Positions 61,366 to 64,000 of a stretch of 64,000 nt of DNA are shown here, one piece after another. The notes beneath the pieces were generated by a model. It saw only the letters and a list, made by a program, of their open reading frames with translations, searched no databases and was not told the DNA's origin. Within the stretch, counting starts at the first letter, position 1, and every line of letters begins with the position of its first letter. This DNA comes from Williopsis jadinii. Taxonomy: Eukaryota. The stretch is from NCBI GenBank assembly GCA_024346625.1, contig AP024665.1, positions 1-64,000 of the forward strand, read 5' to 3'. A program made the position numbers and the translations under genes.

Positions 61366-64000
61366 ATGTCCTTCTTCAACCAACTACGCGAGAAGGCATC
61401 CCAGCTTTCCTTATTCGATAAGGCAGAGGCGGACAGGAAGCCTACGAGAGATGAGCTGTTCCGAGACGAGTTCAAACTGCCGGAATGCGAGACCATTGTT
61501 GATGAGAGTAATGCCGAGCTGTTGATAGTTGCGGTGAAGAGTGACGGCACAAGTGCCAGAGACCAAAGCCATGACGAAGGTCCCGTAGTGTACCCGGGGA
61601 AGCTTTACCTGACACAACACTTTCTAGTGTTCAAGGATTCCATTGACAAAAGAAGCTGCTCATTGACACTCAACCTATCTACTGTAAAGAAGGTCGAGCG
61701 TATCCCTTCAAAGGCTTTCATATTTGCGTTGTCTATCTTGACAAGCTCTGGTACCAAAGTGTTGATCCAGTTCATCGGAATTAGATCAAAGTCAGAGGAG
61801 TTCTCTCAAAAGCTCAAGTCTCAGCTGAAGCATAACATCCCCAATACGAAGAAGCTTGAACCGTTTCTACGCACTTTATATTCCGAGTTCATTATCAGGA
61901 AGAACGAGCCTGGCGTTGACAAGAGCAGTGTGAAGGCCCCGGAAGGTGGATTGGGCCTGCTATTCAAGTTCCCTGGTGACCCGAAGAAGTTGAAAGACAA
62001 GTCAAAGTTGAGGCTTTGGTACGACTATTTCAGATGTAATGGAAGAAATCTAACACTTTCAAAGCAAAAGATGTTCCAAAAGCTCATTCGTGTTGGATTA
62101 CCGAACAGACTAAGGGGTGAAATGTGGGAATTGACCTCTGGTGCAATGTACTTGAGATTCCAAGAGCTGGGCACATACCAGAGGATATTGGATAGCCACA
62201 GAGATCAGAGGTCTGTGGCAATTGAAGAAATTGAAAAGGACCTGTACCGTTCGTTACCTGAATACTCGGCTTATCAGTCAGAAGATGGTATCAACAGATT
62301 ACGTCGCGTATTGACAGCGTACTCATGGAAGAACCCTGATCTAGGGTATTGTCAGGCAATGAACATCGTTGCTGCTGCGTTACTCATATTCCAAACAGAG
62401 GAACAGGCATTCTGGACTCTCTCAATTTTGTGTGAAAAGTATGTCCCTGGTTATTACTCAACAACCATGTATGGTACTCTCCTGGATCAAAAGGTGTTTG
62501 AAGCACTTGTTGAGAAAACGATGCCGATTCTCTGGACACACATCTCGAAGAACGATATTCAACTCTCAGTGGTTTCACTGCCGTGGTTCCTGTCCTTATT
62601 TCTGAGTTCAATGCCATTGGTGTTTGCGTTTAGAATCATTGATATCTTCTTCCTTCATGGACCAAAGACTCTTTTCCAAGTGGCACTGGCAATTTTGAGA
62701 ATTAACGGAGAGGAGCTCTTGGAAATAGACGACGATGGAATGTTTATTTCTGTGATTAAAGAGTACTTTTCTCAATTGGATGATTCTGCTCATCCAAATT
62801 CACCAGATCCGAAGTTTAGACAACTCACAAAGTTTCAAGAGCTGCTTATTGTTGCCTTCAAGGAGTTCTCCGTTGTTACGGATGACATGATTTCCAAAGA
62901 GCGTAATAAACACAAACCAGCCATAATGAAGAACATTGAAAACTTCATGAAGAGAACCCAGTTGCGTAACTTACCGAGAACCCACCACTTAACACAGGAC
63001 CACTTGTCGAATATTTATGACCGTTTCTACGAATCGATCCAATCTAAGAAAATGAGTCTTGGAACAGGCAAATCTTCAATGGACTTTGAAACTATGAGAC
63101 AGTTTCTGTCGGGGTTCTGTGACTGGATACTCCCTGATGACGAATTCAAGTACCATGATGGTGATTTCTTACATCGTCTCTTTAGAGCTTGGGATAAGTC
63201 TGGTCAGAACGAACTCAGCCTTACCGACGTTGTTGTTGGATTGGATAAATTGGTTAACCGTAATCTGATGGAGTCCATTTCAAACTTTTTCGGAATATAT
63301 GACCCAGAAGGCACCGGTGAGATTGACAGAGAGGGCATTCTACAAGTTTCTGAAGGGTTACTATATATCACAAAACCCCTTCAAGATGGTAAGATTTTAG
63401 ACCAGATAACCACCAATTCTATTGAGTCCTATGTTGCAGACAAGGTACTGGAGCTACAGACATCTCCAGACGACATTGTACTCCCATCTGAGGTGAACAT
63501 TGATAAGGAGAAATTCCAACGTGAGCAAGGTGAACGTTACCTGTCAGCAGCATCCAATTTCATCCAGCGTGCGTTTGAATATGCGCAACCGGTTGAAGAG
63601 CCAATGTTGATCGATCTTCCATCTTCGAAAGATACAGAGAAGTTGAAGGCAAACTTGGCTCTCGACCCTACCCACCCATTAACCTTGAACGTTCCAACTT
63701 TCCGCATGGTGATTCTGGCTGATGAATCTTATGAACTGTTGTTCTCTAAGACATTGGCAGATACCATCCATGTTGATCGTTCAATAACGGTCACAAACAA
63801 GAATGGTGTTCTTCGTGATATGTTTGATGGACTCATCGCAGATGGACGTCGTGTTGCATCACATGTCCGTCGTCGTATGGATTCCACTGCTACAACCAGT
63901 GCAACCTCTGTTACATCTGGATCCTCAAGGAGTAGAACAGCTGTTGTATCAGCAGATGAGGACGATGACGATTTCGATCCGCACGCGGATGATGGCGATC
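61366..64000 (+). CDS. MDR1: Rab GAP with GRAM, TBC and EF-hand domains; runs off the window end (absent from the ORF track)
   Basis: ATG 61366 gives MSFFNQLREK...; GLPNRLRGEMWE, IEKDLYRSLPEY, GYCQAMN; lies with ESP1/TEL2 as in YGR098C-YGR100W. Confidence 0.93.
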   Translation, partial: MSFFNQLREKASQLSLFDKAEADRKPTRDELFRDEFKLPECETIVDESNAELLIVAVKSDGTSARDQSHDEGPVVYPGKLYLTQHFLVFKDSIDKRSCSLTLNLSTVKKVERIPSKAFIFALSILTSSGTKVLIQFIGIRSKSEEFSQKLKSQLKHNIPNTKKLEPFLRTLYSEFIIRKNEPGVDKSSVKAPEGGLGLLFKFPGDPKKLKDKSKLRLWYDYFRCNGRNLTLSKQKMFQKLIRVGLPNRLRGEMWELTSGAMYLRFQELGTYQRILDSHRDQRSVAIEEIEKDLYRSLPEYSAYQSEDGINRLRRVLTAYSWKNPDLGYCQAMNIVAAALLIFQTEEQAFWTLSILCEKYVPGYYSTTMYGTLLDQKVFEALVEKTMPILWTHISKNDIQLSVVSLPWFLSLFLSSMPLVFAFRIIDIFFLHGPKTLFQVALAILRINGEELLEIDDDGMFISVIKEYFSQLDDSAHPNSPDPKFRQLTKFQELLIVAFKEFSVVTDDMISKERNKHKPAIMKNIENFMKRTQLRNLPRTHHLTQDHLSNIYDRFYESIQSKKMSLGTGKSSMDFETMRQFLSGFCDWILPDDEFKYHDGDFLHRLFRAWDKSGQNELSLTDVVVGLDKLVNRNLMESISNFFGIYDPEGTGEIDREGILQVSEGLLYITKPLQDGKILDQITTNSIESYVADKVLELQTSPDDIVLPSEVNIDKEKFQREQGERYLSAASNFIQRAFEYAQPVEEPMLIDLPSSKDTEKLKANLALDPTHPLTLNVPTFRMVILADESYELLFSKTLADTIHVDRSITVTNKNGVLRDMFDGLIADGRRVASHVRRRMDSTATTSATSVTSGSSRSRTAVVSADEDDDDFDPHADDGD

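Noticed and set aside
1..64000. Transposons, LTRs, rRNA, alternative CUG code
   Set aside because: No gag/pol/transposase ORFs or rRNA were recognised. CTG occurs at invariant Leu positions (e.g. YLFLGD in PPZ).

Overview
This is a eukaryotic chromosome end from a budding yeast. CTG occurs at conserved Leu positions (standard code), genes are intron-poor, and complex I assembly, Cys2 and Aquarius genes are retained. This fits Phaffomycetaceae such as Cyberlindnera, but the species is my inference. The window opens with 22 perfect AGACACCC copies (G-strand GGGTGTCT). These are fused directly into the coding sequence of a MAL-type sugar permease that the ORF track missed, which points to de novo telomere addition (chromosome healing). 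The permease belongs to a non-canonical MAL-like cluster: permease, YicI-type GH31 alpha-xylosidase/glucosidase, and MalR-type Zn2Cys6 regulator, with CGG-N9-CGG, CGC-N9-CGG and Mig1-like sites in its promoters. The rest is about 30 housekeeping genes in three blocks syntenic with S. cerevisiae: QCR2/DPM1-RPC82; NPL3-PPZ-GPI19-THI74-OST6-LRS4-PPM1-TAF11-TRM9-GPI17; and TEL2-ESP1-MDR1. There is also an intron-containing tRNA-Tyr. Other notable items are an apparently catalytically eroded Aquarius helicase, a hidden intron in a GATA factor gene, and an AT-rich element flanked by inverted Rap1-like motifs between AXL1 and GDT1. Gene names come from motifs and synteny that I recognised, not from database searches.
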